64,000 nt of DNA from positions 480,001-544,000 of the forward strand of contig CAWCBP010000008.1 in NCBI GenBank assembly GCA_963793865.1, given 5' to 3'. Below, piece by piece: positions 41,783-55,276 of the stretch. The position numbers were made by a program, and so were the translations under genes. Each line of letters starts with the position of its first letter. Position 1 is the stretch's first letter. The notes beneath the pieces were generated by a model. That model worked only from the letters and a program-made list of their open reading frames with translations. It ran no database searches and was not told the DNA's origin. This stretch comes from an uncultured delta proteobacterium (GTDB lineage Bacteria > Desulfobacterota > WTBG01).

Positions 41783-42364
41783 TTAGAAGACGGCTGAAAA
41801 CACGCCATGCTCGTAGAGCACCTTCAGGCCGATGGCGATGAGGACCAGGCCACCGGTGACTTCGGCATAGCTGCTCAGATGGGAGGACGCTCCCGCCTTT
41901 TTCCCCAGGTGCAGTCCGGCAGCAGTGCCAATGGTGGCGACCACTCCGATGACCAGCGCCGGAAGCCAGATGGAAATCTTAAGCAGTGCCAAACTTAAGC
42001 CCACCGCCAGGGCATCAATGCTGGTGGCGACGGAGAGCATTACCAGCCGCAAGCCCCTGGTCGGGTCATTCCTTGGGCGTTCTTCCTTCTTTTTCTCCAT
42101 TGCCTCCAATATCATGTGACCTCCCACCAGTGCCAGCAGCACAAATGCAACCCAGTGATCATAGTGTTCGATGAGAGGTCGTACCGTCAGGCCTCCACTC
42201 CAGCCAATGATGGGCATGAGGGCCTGGAAGAAGCCAAAATGCCATGCCAGCCTGAATGTTTGACGGGGGCTGACAATTTTTAAACTGACTCCGCTCGCGA
42301 CTGCCACGGCAAAGGCATCCATTGCCAGGGCAAGGGCAGTCCCCATCAGGGTTGCGATATCCAT
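41783..42364 (-). CDS. mntP: Manganese efflux pump MntP family
   Basis: ALALAMDAFAVA, FGFFQALMP, DHWVAF, VATSIDALAVG. Confidence 0.92.
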   Translation of the reverse strand: MDIATLMGTALALAMDAFAVAVASGVSLKIVSPRQTFRLAWHFGFFQALMPIIGWSGGLTVRPLIEHYDHWVAFVLLALVGGHMILEAMEKKKEERPRNDPTRGLRLVMLSVATSIDALAVGLSLALLKISIWLPALVIGVVATIGTAAGLHLGKKAGASSHLSSYAEVTGGLVLIAIGLKVLYEHGVFSAVF

Positions 42365-42477
42365 TTCACTTACCTTCCTGTGAGCATCAGCTGTTTTTGC
42401 GTGCTCATCATGCTATGATTACTGACTGTCCGGATAGCATACAGGTCTGTAAACAAGGCCGCGAATGGGGTATATGA

Positions 42478-43233
42478 CTAGCATGCATCATTAAAAAAGT
42501 CATTATCTTTCACGCAATCTTGCTCATCGGCCAGGTGATTAATCGCGGAGCATCGCTCCTTGAGCCAGCCGTTTTCCCGTCCGCTGAAATGAGTATTTCT
42601 GCCGATGATGATGTGGTCATGGACCACGATATCAATAGTCAGTGCCGCCCTTTCCAGCGCCTCGGTAAGCCGCCTGTCCGCCTGGGAGGGACTGGGGTCG
42701 CCGCTGGGATGATTATGGACAACAATCAATGCCGAGGCATTATGCCGCAGCGCATTGACCATGACCTTTCGTGGATAAACCGCCGTTTGGTTGACGGTTC
42801 CCTCCTCCAGGATTTCCGTTTCAATCAGCTCATTCTTGGCGGAGAGGTATATTACCATGAACTGCTCATTTTTTTCGCCGGAAAGGGCGTGGTGGCAAAA
42901 ATTAAGGACATCCTGCGGAGACCCCAGCAGCTCTTTATTTTTGAGCCGGCTTTTCAGGTAGAGGGTGGATCCTTCTTTCAATAATTTTATCAGCACGGCA
43001 GACCGCTCTCCTATTCCCGGGCAGGCTATGAGTTCATCGAACGATGCGTCGAATACGCTCTTGATGCTGCCTAAACGCTCAAGCAGCGTTTTTGCAACCG
43101 GCTTTACATCTCTGCGGGGTATGGCGTAGGTCAGCAGCAGTTCAATAAATTCGTAATCGTGAAGCCCTTCGAGCCCGTTTTTTTGAAACCGCTCACGCAA
43201 CCGTTTGCGATGTCCGGCATGGGGAGAGGTCAT
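42478..43233 (-). CDS. radC: RadC (JAB domain) protein
   Basis: GHRKRLRERF, ELLLTYAIPRRDVKP, HhH motif PGIGE, VYPRKV, VHNHPSGDPSPSQAD, HDHIIIG. Confidence 0.92.
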   Translation of the reverse strand: MTSPHAGHRKRLRERFQKNGLEGLHDYEFIELLLTYAIPRRDVKPVAKTLLERLGSIKSVFDASFDELIACPGIGERSAVLIKLLKEGSTLYLKSRLKNKELLGSPQDVLNFCHHALSGEKNEQFMVIYLSAKNELIETEILEEGTVNQTAVYPRKVMVNALRHNASALIVVHNHPSGDPSPSQADRRLTEALERAALTIDIVVHDHIIIGRNTHFSGRENGWLKERCSAINHLADEQDCVKDNDFFNDAC

Positions 43234-43505
43234 AGCCTTTCCGGTTTCCATAATAAGAATCAAGCAGCTGGTTTTGGATTTGCATAAAAATGGTGTTGGC
43301 AGAGGAGCATTTATTAAAGTGGCATCCGGCAGGTTATAATGCAAATTCAGAGCCAGGCATGGGTGCCACGCTGCCTGGAGAACCAAAAATGATTCTATTT
43401 ATCAGTTAATTGCCTTGTGCGGGGGACATATAAGTTGACTTTACCTCTTTCAATGATACAATTCGAAAAAAATAAAGGGTATCATCTTCAGTTGAGGAGA
43501 AGACC

Positions 43506-43928
43506 ATGGCCGGAGTAAACAAGGTAATCCTGATTGGACGTTTAGGTGGAGATCCCGAGGTGAGATATACCAATACCGGGACGGCGGTAGCCAATTTTAA
43601 CATGGCTACGAGCACTAATTTTACCGACAAGAGTGGCCAGAAGAGCGAGCGGACCGAATGGCATCGCATCGTGGCCTTCGGGAAGCTGGGCGAAATCTGC
43701 GGGGAGTATCTAGCCAAGGGAAAGCAGGTGTACATCGAGGGCAGACTGCAGACCAAGGATTGGGAGGACCGCGACGGTAACAAGCGCAAGACCACGGAGA
43801 TAGTCGCTACCTCGATGCAGATGCTTGGATCCGCGGGGGAGCATGTGAGGGCGGAAGGGCGCGATGTTGAGCCCCCTGTCAGCGATGATGCGCCTAATAC
43901 GGTTACAGAAGATGATGTGCCCTTTTAA
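43506..43928 (+). CDS. ssb: Single-stranded DNA-binding protein
   Basis: [26 protein letters not shown]-terminal DDVPF. Confidence 0.97.
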   Translation: MAGVNKVILIGRLGGDPEVRYTNTGTAVANFNMATSTNFTDKSGQKSERTEWHRIVAFGKLGEICGEYLAKGKQVYIEGRLQTKDWEDRDGNKRKTTEIVATSMQMLGSAGEHVRAEGRDVEPPVSDDAPNTVTEDDVPF

Positions 43929-43938
43929 TACCAGTATT

Positions 43939-44010
43939 CGGACGCGACGGAACGCGTCTCTCCCTGTGAGTTTTATCGACACGTAGGGGCGACCGGCCGG
44001 TCGCCCCTAC
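43939..44010. repeat. Two adjacent REP hairpins
   Basis: CGGACGCGACGGAACGCGTCTCTCCC and GTAGGGGCGACCGGCCGGTCGCCCCTAC (43983-44010, identical to 18710-18737). Confidence 0.75.
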
Positions 44011-44070
44011 AGAGATTTTATTTTTAATCAAAATGTCCGGGATTTGGACGGCGCAGAATCATAGATGATG

Positions 44071-44110
44071 AAAAAAACAAAGCCCCCATTTGACGGGGGC
44101 TTTGTTTTTT
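44071..44110. terminator. Bidirectional terminator between ssb and groL
   Basis: AAAAAAACAAAGCCCCC-ATTTGAC-GGGGGCTTTGTTTTTT. Confidence 0.85.
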
Positions 44111-44140
44111 GTAGCCTGCTCCTGTAGTAAAGCCGTTTTT

Positions 44141-46080
<1,940 letters not shown>

Positions 46081-46212
46081 CGTGATATGACCTCCTTACG
46101 GTGTGATAGTTGAAATCGCCTTTTGTCCCTTTCATGAAAATGTGCCACAATGGTCTGTAACGTCGCTCACCTCCTTTGTCCCTTTATTCCATTTCGTATC
46201 TCTGCCGAGATA

Positions 46213-46239
46213 TTAGCACTCATCAAAGAAGAGTGCTAG
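46213..46239. promoter_or_regulatory. CIRCE element (HrcA operator)
   Basis: TTAGCACTC-N9-GAGTGCTAG upstream of groES. Confidence 0.92.
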
Positions 46240-46400
46240 CAATTGTATATTTTTTGTAATTTAAGGCAATGTCTGAAATATGGTTTAATTGGCTTATTTA
46301 GGAAGAAATCGGGGAAAAATTGAACATTAGCTCTCTTTTTTGAATTATTTCATAGTATTTAATTATAATTTTTGTTAATTCAGGTTTTAAAATATCCTAA

Positions 46401-46427
46401 ACTATATAAATCCTTTTTTCAATGTCA
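46401..46427 (-). promoter_or_regulatory. Sigma-70-like promoter for groESL
   Basis: Minus strand TTGACA-N16-TATAGT. Confidence 0.55.
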
Positions 46428-46570
46428 AGGGGCGCTGAAAAAATAATCTTTGGACGAACCGGGGCATTTATCCTGATGCGAAGGTTTTACTGTTGATGTT
46501 TAGCCATTTTGTGATAGTTTTGATGCCATGATTTTATAAACACCGGCATACATCGTTACATGAGGAATCA

Positions 46571-47632
46571 ATGGCTGACATGACAAAAGAGACGCAGATT
46601 CGTGAAATGCTGGAGCGCGATGAAGAAAAAATACTGTCTCCTCACGCGCAGTTCAGTTCCCGGACCAAAGGCAGAATGCGGCAGGAGGAAGCCTGCGAGC
46701 TCCGCCCGGCCTTCCAGCATGACCGGGACAGGATTCTCCATTCCAAGTCCTTCAGACGATTAAAGCACAAAACCCAGGTTTTTCTGGCCCCGACCGGCGA
46801 CCATTACCGGACCCGGCTTACGCATACCCTGGAAGTTTCGCAGATTGCACGCACCATAGCAAAATCATTGCGACTCAATGAAGACCTGACGGAGGCCATC
46901 GCCCTGGGCCATGACCTGGGCCATACCTCATTTGGCCATGCCGGTGAATCCGTGCTCAATGAAATTGTGCCGGGCGGCTTCCGGCATCCGGAGCAGAGCC
47001 TGAGGGTGGTGGACGTTCTGGAGAAGGACGGTCAGGGGTTAAACCTGACCCACGAGGTGAGGGACGGTATTCTCAGGCATTCCAAAGGGGAGGGGGAAAT
47101 TATTTCCGACGATCCGCAATCGATGCCCGAGACCCTGGAGGGGAGGGCGGTCCGCGTCGCGGACATCATCGCCTATGTGAATCATGACATCGATGATGCC
47201 ATCCGCGCGGGTGTCATCGCCTACGGCGACCTCCCGCGGGATTGCGTTCGGTTTCTGGGCGACTCTCAAAGCAGCCGCATAGACGCGATGGTCAAGGATG
47301 TGGTCCGGATGGGCCTCCGTTACGATGGCGGGAGGGTGGCCTTGAGCGAACCTTTTATGGAAGTGACCATGAAGCTGAGGGCGTTCCTCTACAGCAACGT
47401 CTATTTTGCGCCGGCGGTATTTGCCAATTTTATCAAGGCCTCAAAAATATTAAAGGAGCTGTACAATTATTTTTTGGAGAACGAGGAACAGTTCTTGAAG
47501 GAATCGGGCTTGTCAAACGGCGGAGATTCCCTTGATCGGCGTGCCTGCGATTTTGTGGCGGGCATGACTGATCGCTATGCCTTCAGCTTTTATGAAAAGC
47601 TGTTTCTTCCACAGCCCTGGCTGATCATGTAA
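46571..47632 (+). CDS. dgt: Deoxyguanosinetriphosphate triphosphohydrolase-like HD protein
   Basis: [64 protein letters not shown]. Confidence 0.92.
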   Translation: MADMTKETQIREMLERDEEKILSPHAQFSSRTKGRMRQEEACELRPAFQHDRDRILHSKSFRRLKHKTQVFLAPTGDHYRTRLTHTLEVSQIARTIAKSLRLNEDLTEAIALGHDLGHTSFGHAGESVLNEIVPGGFRHPEQSLRVVDVLEKDGQGLNLTHEVRDGILRHSKGEGEIISDDPQSMPETLEGRAVRVADIIAYVNHDIDDAIRAGVIAYGDLPRDCVRFLGDSQSSRIDAMVKDVVRMGLRYDGGRVALSEPFMEVTMKLRAFLYSNVYFAPAVFANFIKASKILKELYNYFLENEEQFLKESGLSNGGDSLDRRACDFVAGMTDRYAFSFYEKLFLPQPWLIM

Positions 47633-47635
47633 CAA

Positions 47636-47791
47636 ACAGGCTGTTGAAAAACACCCATCTGCTTCGTTACGCTCATCCTTCGTCATTGCGGCGTACTTGC
47701 ATGTACGCCTCATTCCTTAGGATTTCGCGTGCCTTGCATCTGGATGTTTTTGAACAGCCTGAGGAAACCTGCTTTTTTAACAACCTGCTAG
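47636..47791. mobile_element. MITE-like element, copy 2
   Basis: Near-identical to 5980-6138; its terminal CTAG supplies the stop of the HtrA gene. Confidence 0.8.
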
Positions 47792-49164
47792 ATTAATGGG
47801 ACGCTTACGCGGTAGGCGTAGCGCCCTCTTCCAATGACCATGAAGAGTGACGAGGCATCGCGGTAGCGTATCAAAGACTCGTAAAACTGCTTTTCAGATT
47901 TTATTTCCCTGTCGCCGACCTGGAATATTATATCCCCGGGTCTCATACCGATATATGCCGCGGGTCCTTCGGGGTCTATCCGGTTAACGCGCATCCCCCC
48001 CTGATTATGTTCCTTTGCTTCTATTCCCAGCAGATCCCGTCCGAGTTCGGAAGCCCGCTGTAAAGGATACTCCGTGGTCGTAAGGGAAACCGTCTTTTCC
48101 TTTCCCTCACGGAATATCCTCAAATGCATTTTTTCCCCCGCAATGAGCCCCTGGCTGCAGGTAGCGAAAGCCCGGCGGTCATTCATGAGCCTGCCGTTCA
48201 TGTCCAGAATAATATCTCCCGGGACCAGGGATCCGGCTGCCGGGCTCTGAGCATCGACTTTGAAAATGACCACCCCCGTTTTGCCGCTATACTCGAGCGA
48301 CTGTTTAATCTCGCCGGTCAGATCTTTTACCCGGATGCCGGAATAGGCAGGATGAACCGCCCCGTATGCGAGCAGGTCTTTGGCTATGAGATTTACCTTG
48401 TCAATGGGAATGGCAAAACCGATGCCCTGCCCCTCCTGGTAAATGGCGGTATTGATGCCGACGATTTCCCCGTTGAGATTCACCAGCGGACCGCCCGAAT
48501 TGCCGGGGTTGATGGCGGCATCGGTCTGAATAAAGTTTTCATAAATCCGGCTTTCTGTTTTGAGTGACCGGTTGACTGCGGAGATCACGCCGGTGGTTAC
48601 GGTATGCGAGAGCCCGAAGGGGTTTCCGATGGCTACCACTGTTTCACCCGGCATAAGGTCTGATGAGGTGCCGGCAGGGATAAAGGGGAGTTTTTCATCG
48701 GTCTGGAGCTTCAGCACGGCAATGTCAAAATCCTCGTCCGCCCCGATGACCTTTGCGGTGAAGGTCCTGTTGTCCGCCAGCGTAACCGCGATGTTTGTGG
48801 CGCGGGCGATGACGTGCTCGTTGGTGACCACATGCCCTTCCGGATCTATGATAAAGCCGGAACCGAGCGAGGTGCGTGAACGCTGCGCCGGCACGGTATC
48901 AAAGAAGTCCCGGAAAAAACTGTCAGCGAAGGGATCCATTCTGCTGAACGGGTTGGACTGGATGATCTCCTCGGTGGATATATTCACCACCCCCGGTGAT
49001 ACTTTTTGCACCGCCCTGACAACCGGGGTCAGACGCGGACTGTCAGTCTGGCCGCTCGTCGGGGGACAGGGCACAAGAATAAAAAGCAGGGCAATCAGAT
49101 ACAGGTATGGGTTTTTCACGCCGCGCATCCTCAGGGTTTCAGGTTTTTGAATTTGAGCCCGCAT
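47788..49164 (-). CDS. HtrA/DegQ-family serine protease with two PDZ domains
   Basis: SLGSGFII, VTNEHVI, DIAVLK, IQTDAAINPGNSGGPL, GIGFAIP. Confidence 0.93.
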   Translation of the reverse strand: MRAQIQKPETLRMRGVKNPYLYLIALLFILVPCPPTSGQTDSPRLTPVVRAVQKVSPGVVNISTEEIIQSNPFSRMDPFADSFFRDFFDTVPAQRSRTSLGSGFIIDPEGHVVTNEHVIARATNIAVTLADNRTFTAKVIGADEDFDIAVLKLQTDEKLPFIPAGTSSDLMPGETVVAIGNPFGLSHTVTTGVISAVNRSLKTESRIYENFIQTDAAINPGNSGGPLVNLNGEIVGINTAIYQEGQGIGFAIPIDKVNLIAKDLLAYGAVHPAYSGIRVKDLTGEIKQSLEYSGKTGVVIFKVDAQSPAAGSLVPGDIILDMNGRLMNDRRAFATCSQGLIAGEKMHLRIFREGKEKTVSLTTTEYPLQRASELGRDLLGIEAKEHNQGGMRVNRIDPEGPAAYIGMRPGDIIFQVGDREIKSEKQFYESLIRYRDASSLFMVIGRGRYAYRVSVPLI

Positions 49165-49358
49165 ACCACATGGCTGTGAGGGTGTGTCATAATGTCATTG
49201 ATGCCACGAAACTTGTCAGTCTAGCATATGTTTTCTTATATTTCGATCTGTATTTAACGTTGTAAAGAGTGAGGGGGCGATGGTTTTTCATCACCCCCTC
49301 ATCCGTGCAGAATGTTATTGTAATAATTTTACTGTCCGCTGTTCATCTGCGAAGCCAT

Positions 49359-49760
49359 TCACTCCGAAGTCACTTCGATCCTGCGCGGTACGGCCTTTTC
49401 CGCCTTGGGCAGCGTCAGCGTCAGCACGCCATCCGCCATTTTGGCAGTTATTTTGTCGAGGTCTATCAACTCTGCCGCTATGGTAAACTGCCGGTAATAA
49501 TTTCCCGTCTCGTATTCTCTGCGGAGGGCGGTTTCATGTGGCGCCGGCGCCTCGACCTTCCCCATGATTTTTAACTGGTCGTCTTTTATGTCGATGCTCA
49601 CCCCGTTTTTGTTTACGCCCGGCATGTCGGCCACGACGGTGATGCTGCTTTTATCTTCGTAGACGTCTACCGGAGGGATAAAGCTGGGCATCCCCCGCGT
49701 TGTTTCGCCCCTTGTAGCCTCGACCTGTTTTTCTGTTTTTTTAATTTCCTCTGCGCTCAT
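49359..49760 (-). CDS. Hsp20/alpha-crystallin protein
   Basis: PPVDVYE, ADMPGV, DGVLTLTLPK. Confidence 0.93.
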   Translation of the reverse strand: MSAEEIKKTEKQVEATRGETTRGMPSFIPPVDVYEDKSSITVVADMPGVNKNGVSIDIKDDQLKIMGKVEAPAPHETALRREYETGNYYRQFTIAAELIDLDKITAKMADGVLTLTLPKAEKAVPRRIEVTSE

Positions 49761-49785
49761 GAATGATCCTCCCCGCTGCGAAGCG

Positions 49786-50229
49786 TTACGCTGTTTTTAT
49801 TTCGATCTGTTTTGGCTTTGCCTGCTCTGCCTTGGGCAGCACAACGGTCAATATTCCATCCCTGTACGAGGCGCTGATTTTATCGGGACTTACCTGGCAG
49901 GACATGCCAATGATCCGGTTAAATGAGCCGAACTCGCGCTCCCGCTGATGGTAATTGACCTCTTTGCCGACCCCCGCCGACCGGCGCTCGCCGCGGATGG
50001 TTATGGAATCAGGAGTGGCGGTGATATCAATATCTTTGGGGTTAATACCCGGGATTTCCGTCCGCAGATAGAGGTTGTCCTTGGTTTCGCTGATGTTGAG
50101 GGCGGGGAAAATACCCCGGGACATTCCTGATCTCCATCGGTAATCGCCGAATACCCGGTCAACGGCGGTTCTCAGGGAATCAAGCTCTCTGAAGGGATCA
50201 ATGCTTTCTCTCCATTGTAATAGGGCCAT
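49786..50229 (-). CDS. Hsp20/alpha-crystallin protein
   Basis: FPALNISE, EIPGI, REREFGSFNR, YRDGILTVVLPK. Confidence 0.93.
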   Translation of the reverse strand: MALLQWRESIDPFRELDSLRTAVDRVFGDYRWRSGMSRGIFPALNISETKDNLYLRTEIPGINPKDIDITATPDSITIRGERRSAGVGKEVNYHQREREFGSFNRIIGMSCQVSPDKISASYRDGILTVVLPKAEQAKPKQIEIKTA

Positions 50230-50443
50230 GATGTATACCTCCTGCCTGGTGTTAAATGAAGCGTATTTCGTCGATTGTAAACAAACTTTGCTTCAATACC
50301 TAATCATCCCATAATGGTGTGTCAAGCGTGCCGGACAAAAAAATCCCGCCCGGCATCATCAGGTGGAATGGCCGGCGGGTCAGATGGGTGGCGTGATAGT
50401 AGGGGGAGAAATACAGCGGAACGGAAGCAGGGGTGATGGCTGA

Positions 50444-53302
50444 TTACCCGGTTTCAGCGTTGTTTTTCGGGAGCGGGGCTTTTGATCTGTCTTTGGCAAG
50501 AATGCTTTTCAGAAAAAGACCCGTATGGGTATGCCGGCCTTCAGCCACCTCCTCCGGCGATCCCGTGGCAACCACCTCGCCCCCCCTGTCGCCTCCCTCG
50601 GGACCCAGGTCTATGATGTAGTCGGCTGTTTTGATGACCTCCATGTTGTGCTCAATGACAATGACGGTGTTGCCCCTCTCGGTGAGCTTATTGAGCACCT
50701 CCAGGAGCTTGTGAATGTCGGCGAAGTGAAGACCGGTGGTCGGCTCATCCAGGATATAGAGTGTCCTCCCCGTGCTTTTGCGGCTCAGCTCCTTGGAAAG
50801 CTTGATCCGCTGCGCTTCCCCGCCGGAGAGGGTGGTTGCCGGCTGTCCCAGGGTGATGTAGCCGAGGCCCACATCGATCAGGGTCTTCAGCTTGGATTTG
50901 ACGGGGGGGATGTTTTCGAGAAAGGAAAAGGCCTGGTTGACGGTCATGTCCAGCACCTCGGCGATGTTTTTCCCCTTGTACTGGATTTCCAGGGTTTCCC
51001 GGTTGTAGCGCTTGCCTTTGCAGGTTTCGCAGGTGACGTGCACATCGGGAAGAAAGTGCATTTCGATCTTGATGAGCCCGTCGCCGCAGCAGGCTTCACA
51101 TCGCCCGCCCTTCACGTTAAAGCTGTACCTGCCCGGCCTGTAACCGCGGGCCCTGGATTCGGGGAGGCGGGCAAAAAGGTCCCTGATGTGGGTGAAGGCG
51201 CCGGTGTAGGTTGCGGGATTGGAGCGGGGTGTCCGCCCGATGGGACTCTGATCGATGTCGATCACCTTGTCAATGTATGCCAGGCCCTCAATTTCCTCCA
51301 CCCTGCCCGCCCGCTCTTTGGCGTGATACAGGCGCTGCGCGAGGGCACGGTAGAGGGTGTCGATGATAAGGGTGCTTTTGCCGGATCCGGAAACGCCGGT
51401 AACGCAGGTAAACAGCCCCAGCGGGATCCTGACCGTAATGTTTTTCAGGTTGTTTTCCGCGGCGCCTTTGATGGTGAGAAATTTGCCGCCCGCTTTCTTC
51501 CGGACGGCAGGCACGGGTATTTTCAGGCGCCCGGAAAGATAGTGACCGGTCAGCGAATCCCGGTCGCGGAGGATGTTCTCCGGGCTGCCGCTGAAAACAA
51601 CCTCTCCCCCTTCGCGTCCCGCTCCGGGGCCCATGTCGATAATGTGATCCGCCGCGAGGATGGTCTGCTCGTCATGCTCGACCACCAGCGCCGTATTGCC
51701 GAGGTCCCGCAGCCGCTTCAATGTTTGGAGCAGCTTAACGTTGTCGCGCTGGTGGAGGCCGACGCTGGGCTCATCCAGGATGTAGAGCACGCCCACCAGG
51801 CTCGAACCGATCTGGGTAGCCAGCCGGATGCGCTGCCCCTCGCCGCCCGAAAGGGTGGTTGATGCCCGGTCCAGGGTAAGGTAGTCAACCCCCACCTGGG
51901 TGAGGAAGGTGAGCCGCTCGTTTATTTCCTTCAGCACCCGCTGGGCAATTTTTTTGTCGCGGCTGCCCAGCTTCAGTCCCGCGAAGAATGCCAGGGCCTC
52001 CTTGAGGGACAGCCGGGTGATGTCGTGAATGGAGCGATTGTCGATTTTGATGAAAAGGCTTTCCTGCCTCAGCCGGGAGCCGGCGCAGTCGGGACACACG
52101 CTGGTGTTCATGTACTGGCCCAGCTCCTCGCGCAGCTGGGGAGAGTCGGTTTCCCGGTAGCGGCGGTCCAGATTGGGTATGACCCCCATGAATTCCCGTT
52201 CATGGGAAAAGCGGCGGGCTCCGTCATCATAGTAAAAATTTATTTTTTCATTCCCCGATCCGTAGAGAAGCATCCGCTGCAGTTGCGAAGGCAGGTCTTT
52301 GAAGGGCGTATAAATGTCGAACCGGTAGTGCCGCGAAAGCGCGTCAAGCATCTGGTGGTAGTAGATCGATTTTCTTTTTGCCCAGGGCAGGATGGCGCCC
52401 TCTCTCAGAGAGAGGTGGTGGTTGGGAACAACGAGCTCGGGGTCAAAGTACATCTTGGTTCCCAGCCCGCCGCATGCGGGGCAGGCGCCATGGGGATTGT
52501 TAAAGGAAAAGATGCGGGGGGATATTTCGGGAAAGCTGATGCCGCAGTCGACGCAGGCGCTTTTTTCACTGAAAAGAATCTCCTGCTTGGCGTTGATTTC
52601 AACCCGGGCGGTGCCGCCTGAAAGGTTGAGCGCTGTTTCCAGGGAATCAGCCAGGCGCTTTTCTATCTTTTCCTTGATCACCAGCCGGTCGATGATGACG
52701 TCAATGGTATGCTTCCTGTTCTTGTTGAGCTGGATCTCCTCGCTCAAATCCCGGATCGCACCGTCAACCCTGACCCTGACGAAGCCGCCCTTGCGGAGCT
52801 GATTGAGCTCCTTGCGGTACTCCCCTTTTCTGTCCTGGACGAATGGCGCGAAGAGGATGATCCTGGATTCCGGGGGCAGTTCCATGAGTCCGTCGACCAT
52901 CTGCTGGACGGTCTGGGAGGTGATTTCCCGTCCGCACTTGTAACAGTGCGGCCTGCCGATCCGGGCAAACAGCACGCGCAGGTAGTCATAAATTTCAGTT
53001 ACCGTGCCCACGGTGGAGCGGGGATTTTTGCTCAAGCCGCGCTGCTCAATGGAGATGGCGGGAGAAAGCCCCTCGATTGATTCCACGTCAGGCTTGTCCA
53101 TCTGCTCCAAAAATTGGCGGGCGTAGGCGGACAGGGACTCGACGTACCGCCGCTGACCTTCCGCGTATATGGTGTCGAAGGCGAGCGAGGATTTTCCGGA
53201 GCCGCTGAGGCCGGTAATGACCACCAGCTTGTTGCGGGGGATTTCAAGGTCTATATTCTTTAAGTTGTGCTCCCGGGCACCCCTGATGATGATATTTTCC
53301 AT
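50444..53302 (-). CDS. uvrA: Excinuclease ABC subunit A
   Basis: [45 protein letters not shown], zinc fingers; start taken at MENIII. Confidence 0.98.
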   Translation of the reverse strand: MENIIIRGAREHNLKNIDLEIPRNKLVVITGLSGSGKSSLAFDTIYAEGQRRYVESLSAYARQFLEQMDKPDVESIEGLSPAISIEQRGLSKNPRSTVGTVTEIYDYLRVLFARIGRPHCYKCGREITSQTVQQMVDGLMELPPESRIILFAPFVQDRKGEYRKELNQLRKGGFVRVRVDGAIRDLSEEIQLNKNRKHTIDVIIDRLVIKEKIEKRLADSLETALNLSGGTARVEINAKQEILFSEKSACVDCGISFPEISPRIFSFNNPHGACPACGGLGTKMYFDPELVVPNHHLSLREGAILPWAKRKSIYYHQMLDALSRHYRFDIYTPFKDLPSQLQRMLLYGSGNEKINFYYDDGARRFSHEREFMGVIPNLDRRYRETDSPQLREELGQYMNTSVCPDCAGSRLRQESLFIKIDNRSIHDITRLSLKEALAFFAGLKLGSRDKKIAQRVLKEINERLTFLTQVGVDYLTLDRASTTLSGGEGQRIRLATQIGSSLVGVLYILDEPSVGLHQRDNVKLLQTLKRLRDLGNTALVVEHDEQTILAADHIIDMGPGAGREGGEVVFSGSPENILRDRDSLTGHYLSGRLKIPVPAVRKKAGGKFLTIKGAAENNLKNITVRIPLGLFTCVTGVSGSGKSTLIIDTLYRALAQRLYHAKERAGRVEEIEGLAYIDKVIDIDQSPIGRTPRSNPATYTGAFTHIRDLFARLPESRARGYRPGRYSFNVKGGRCEACCGDGLIKIEMHFLPDVHVTCETCKGKRYNRETLEIQYKGKNIAEVLDMTVNQAFSFLENIPPVKSKLKTLIDVGLGYITLGQPATTLSGGEAQRIKLSKELSRKSTGRTLYILDEPTTGLHFADIHKLLEVLNKLTERGNTVIVIEHNMEVIKTADYIIDLGPEGGDRGGEVVATGSPEEVAEGRHTHTGLFLKSILAKDRSKAPLPKNNAETG

Positions 53303-53467
53303 ACGGCAACAGCCTGTAATGATTGGGGACAGAGTGCTATGCAGCGGACAGGATGCACCGTCTTCCATCCGCGGAGGCAAAATTCTATTGCAATCAGGCG
53401 GACAATGCAAGGGAAATGCTTGCGCTGCGGTTAATACGAAACTCGGGGAAGGGTCTTGCGGAGCGGC

Positions 53468-53674
53468 TCAGGCCTTGGCGAATGAATCGTAGATGGCCGC
53501 CAAGCTTTGCATGAGCTCGGTTTGGGAATTGATGTCGTTTTTGTTGAGCAGCAAGGTGGTGAAGCGGGATTCCTGACGGTCCATTTTCAGGAAAAACCCC
53601 ACATAATCAACCCTGGTCAGAAGAAAGGGTACAATCTCCGGGGCGAAGCTGCTGTCGGGCTGAAAGGAGGCCAT
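53468..53674 (-). CDS. Small hypothetical protein
   Basis: GAGGT RBS before the ATG; 68 aa. Confidence 0.5.
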   Translation of the reverse strand: MASFQPDSSFAPEIVPFLLTRVDYVGFFLKMDRQESRFTTLLLNKNDINSQTELMQSLAAIYDSFAKA

Positions 53675-53787
53675 GCCGTGGTTACCTCACTCAAAATGAT
53701 TGACGGTTGTCGTGTGGTAGCCTATCGGTAGGGTGTGAAATATCTTTAACAAAAAGTTCCGCATCCCCGCGCGCCGGTACCGGGCTG

Positions 53788-53826
53788 AAAAACGCCCCGC
53801 GTAGTATCATGCTCCGCGGGGCGTTT
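53788..53826 (-). terminator. Intrinsic terminator after the tiny basic ORF
   Basis: Minus strand AAACGCCCCGCG-loop-CGCGGGGCGTTTTT. Confidence 0.75.
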
Positions 53827-53836
53827 GCATCGCCTG

Positions 53837-53923
53837 CTAGCGCTTGCTGCCTCTTCCAATCCGCTTTATCTTTTTCTTCTTCTTTTTTTTCTTTGCCTTC
53901 TGCTGCCTGCTGATTTTACCCAT
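53837..53923 (-). CDS. 28-aa Lys/Arg-rich microprotein (not in the ORF track)
   Basis: AAGGAGG RBS; MGKISRQQKAKKKKKKKKIKRIGRGSKR; followed by a terminator. Confidence 0.55.
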   Translation of the reverse strand: MGKISRQQKAKKKKKKKKIKRIGRGSKR

Positions 53924-54017
53924 CTCTTCCCTCCTTCAGGCAAAAAGTTGTGTGGTTATGCAGCCGTTCCCGTAAACAATTCCGCTTCATGCGGGTGAAG
54001 CGGGCAGATGTCCTTAA

Positions 54018-54914
54018 TCAGCCGTAGGTGAAAAACCAGACGGTAGCCAGGTAGAGGAGAATATTAATGAGCAGGGGTTTGTCATCAAAAAGGATCCGTT
54101 CCGGACTTCCTCCCTCGCTCCTCTGATGAATGAGGTACAGGTAGCGAAAAATGCCGTAAAGGACAAAGGGTATGGTGTATTTCAAATTTTCCGTGTTGAA
54201 TTTCGCAATGGTATCGTCAGACATGGTATAGAGGGCATAGGCGACCACGGTTGAGGCGGTGACAACCGAGATCATCTGGTCGAGGAGGTCCGGACTGTAT
54301 TCATAGAGGATTTTGCGATGGTGCACCGCGTTGTCCTCCAGCAGCAGGATTTCATGTCTTCTCTTGCCCAGGGCAAGAAAGAGCGCCAGGAGGATGGTGC
54401 AGATGAGCAGCCAAGAGGATATGGGCACGCTGATGACCTCTGCGCCGGCAATGGCCCGCAGGACGAAGCCGGTGGCAACCGCCAGCACATCGAGGATGAC
54501 CACGTGCTTCAGCACCAGGGAATAGCCGACTTGCAGCATGAAGTATCCGAGCGCGGTGAAAGCGAAGTTGATGTTAAGCAGGAAGGCCGCCGCCAGCGAG
54601 ATGATCACAATCACCACGCCCGCAATGATTGCAGCCGTGGGCTTAAGCCTGCCGGAGGCAAGCGGCCTGGTGGATTTTTTCGGGTGCGACCGGTCCGCCT
54701 GCAGGTCAATAAGGTCATTGAGGATATACACGCTCCCCGACAGGAGACAGAAGATGATGAAGGCGATGGTGACCTGGCCGGTGAGGGAAAGGTTGAAAAG
54801 ATTGCGGGAAAAGATGAGCGCGGCGAAGACCAGCAGATTTTTTGTCCACTGTCGCGGCCGCATGGTCTTAAAGATCAGAAACCAGGTGTGGTTGTACACG
54901 AAAGCTTGCCTCAT
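54018..54914 (-). CDS. UbiA-family prenyl-phosphate phosphoribosyltransferase
   Basis: MRPRQWTKNLLVF, YILNDLIDLQADRSHPKKSTRPLASG, LKHVVILDV, GKRRHE, GIFRYL. Confidence 0.9.
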   Translation of the reverse strand: MRQAFVYNHTWFLIFKTMRPRQWTKNLLVFAALIFSRNLFNLSLTGQVTIAFIIFCLLSGSVYILNDLIDLQADRSHPKKSTRPLASGRLKPTAAIIAGVVIVIISLAAAFLLNINFAFTALGYFMLQVGYSLVLKHVVILDVLAVATGFVLRAIAGAEVISVPISSWLLICTILLALFLALGKRRHEILLLEDNAVHHRKILYEYSPDLLDQMISVVTASTVVAYALYTMSDDTIAKFNTENLKYTIPFVLYGIFRYLYLIHQRSEGGSPERILFDDKPLLINILLYLATVWFFTYG

Positions 54915-54922
54915 GAGAACGG

Positions 54923-55276
54923 TCAGTGCGCTACCATCCATACCCCCGCGATAATGGAGACGAATCCGGCTACCTGCAACGGCGTTATGATCTCGTCCAG
55001 AAACAGCCAGGATGCCGCGATGACGATTATGATTCCGAGGCTGGTCATGAGCGGGTAGGCGATGCTCAGATTGATCTTGGCCAGCACATAACAGTAGGCA
55101 ATGAGCGCCAGGCCGAACGAAAGCAGGCCCAGGAAGAGCACGGGGTTGACGAGAGACTGCCTCACCATGCTGAGCAGATCGCCGGCTTCCCCCTGCCTGC
55201 GCATGGCAACTTTCATGAGTATGTTGGCCAGGGCATTAAGCGAAATGGCCAGGGACAGGACGATGTATGTGTTCAT
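54923..55276 (-). CDS. SMR/EamA-like 4-TM protein (ArnE/F-like)
   Basis: LNALANILMK, LSIAYPLMTSL, FLDEIIT. Confidence 0.8.
   Translation of the reverse strand: MNTYIVLSLAISLNALANILMKVAMRRQGEAGDLLSMVRQSLVNPVLFLGLLSFGLALIAYCYVLAKINLSIAYPLMTSLGIIIVIAASWLFLDEIITPLQVAGFVSIIAGVWMVAH

Noticed and set aside
50525..51862. Long antisense ORFs opposite uvrA, groL, the helicase and rpoD
   Set aside because: Shadow frames of GC-rich coding genes with no recognisable motifs.
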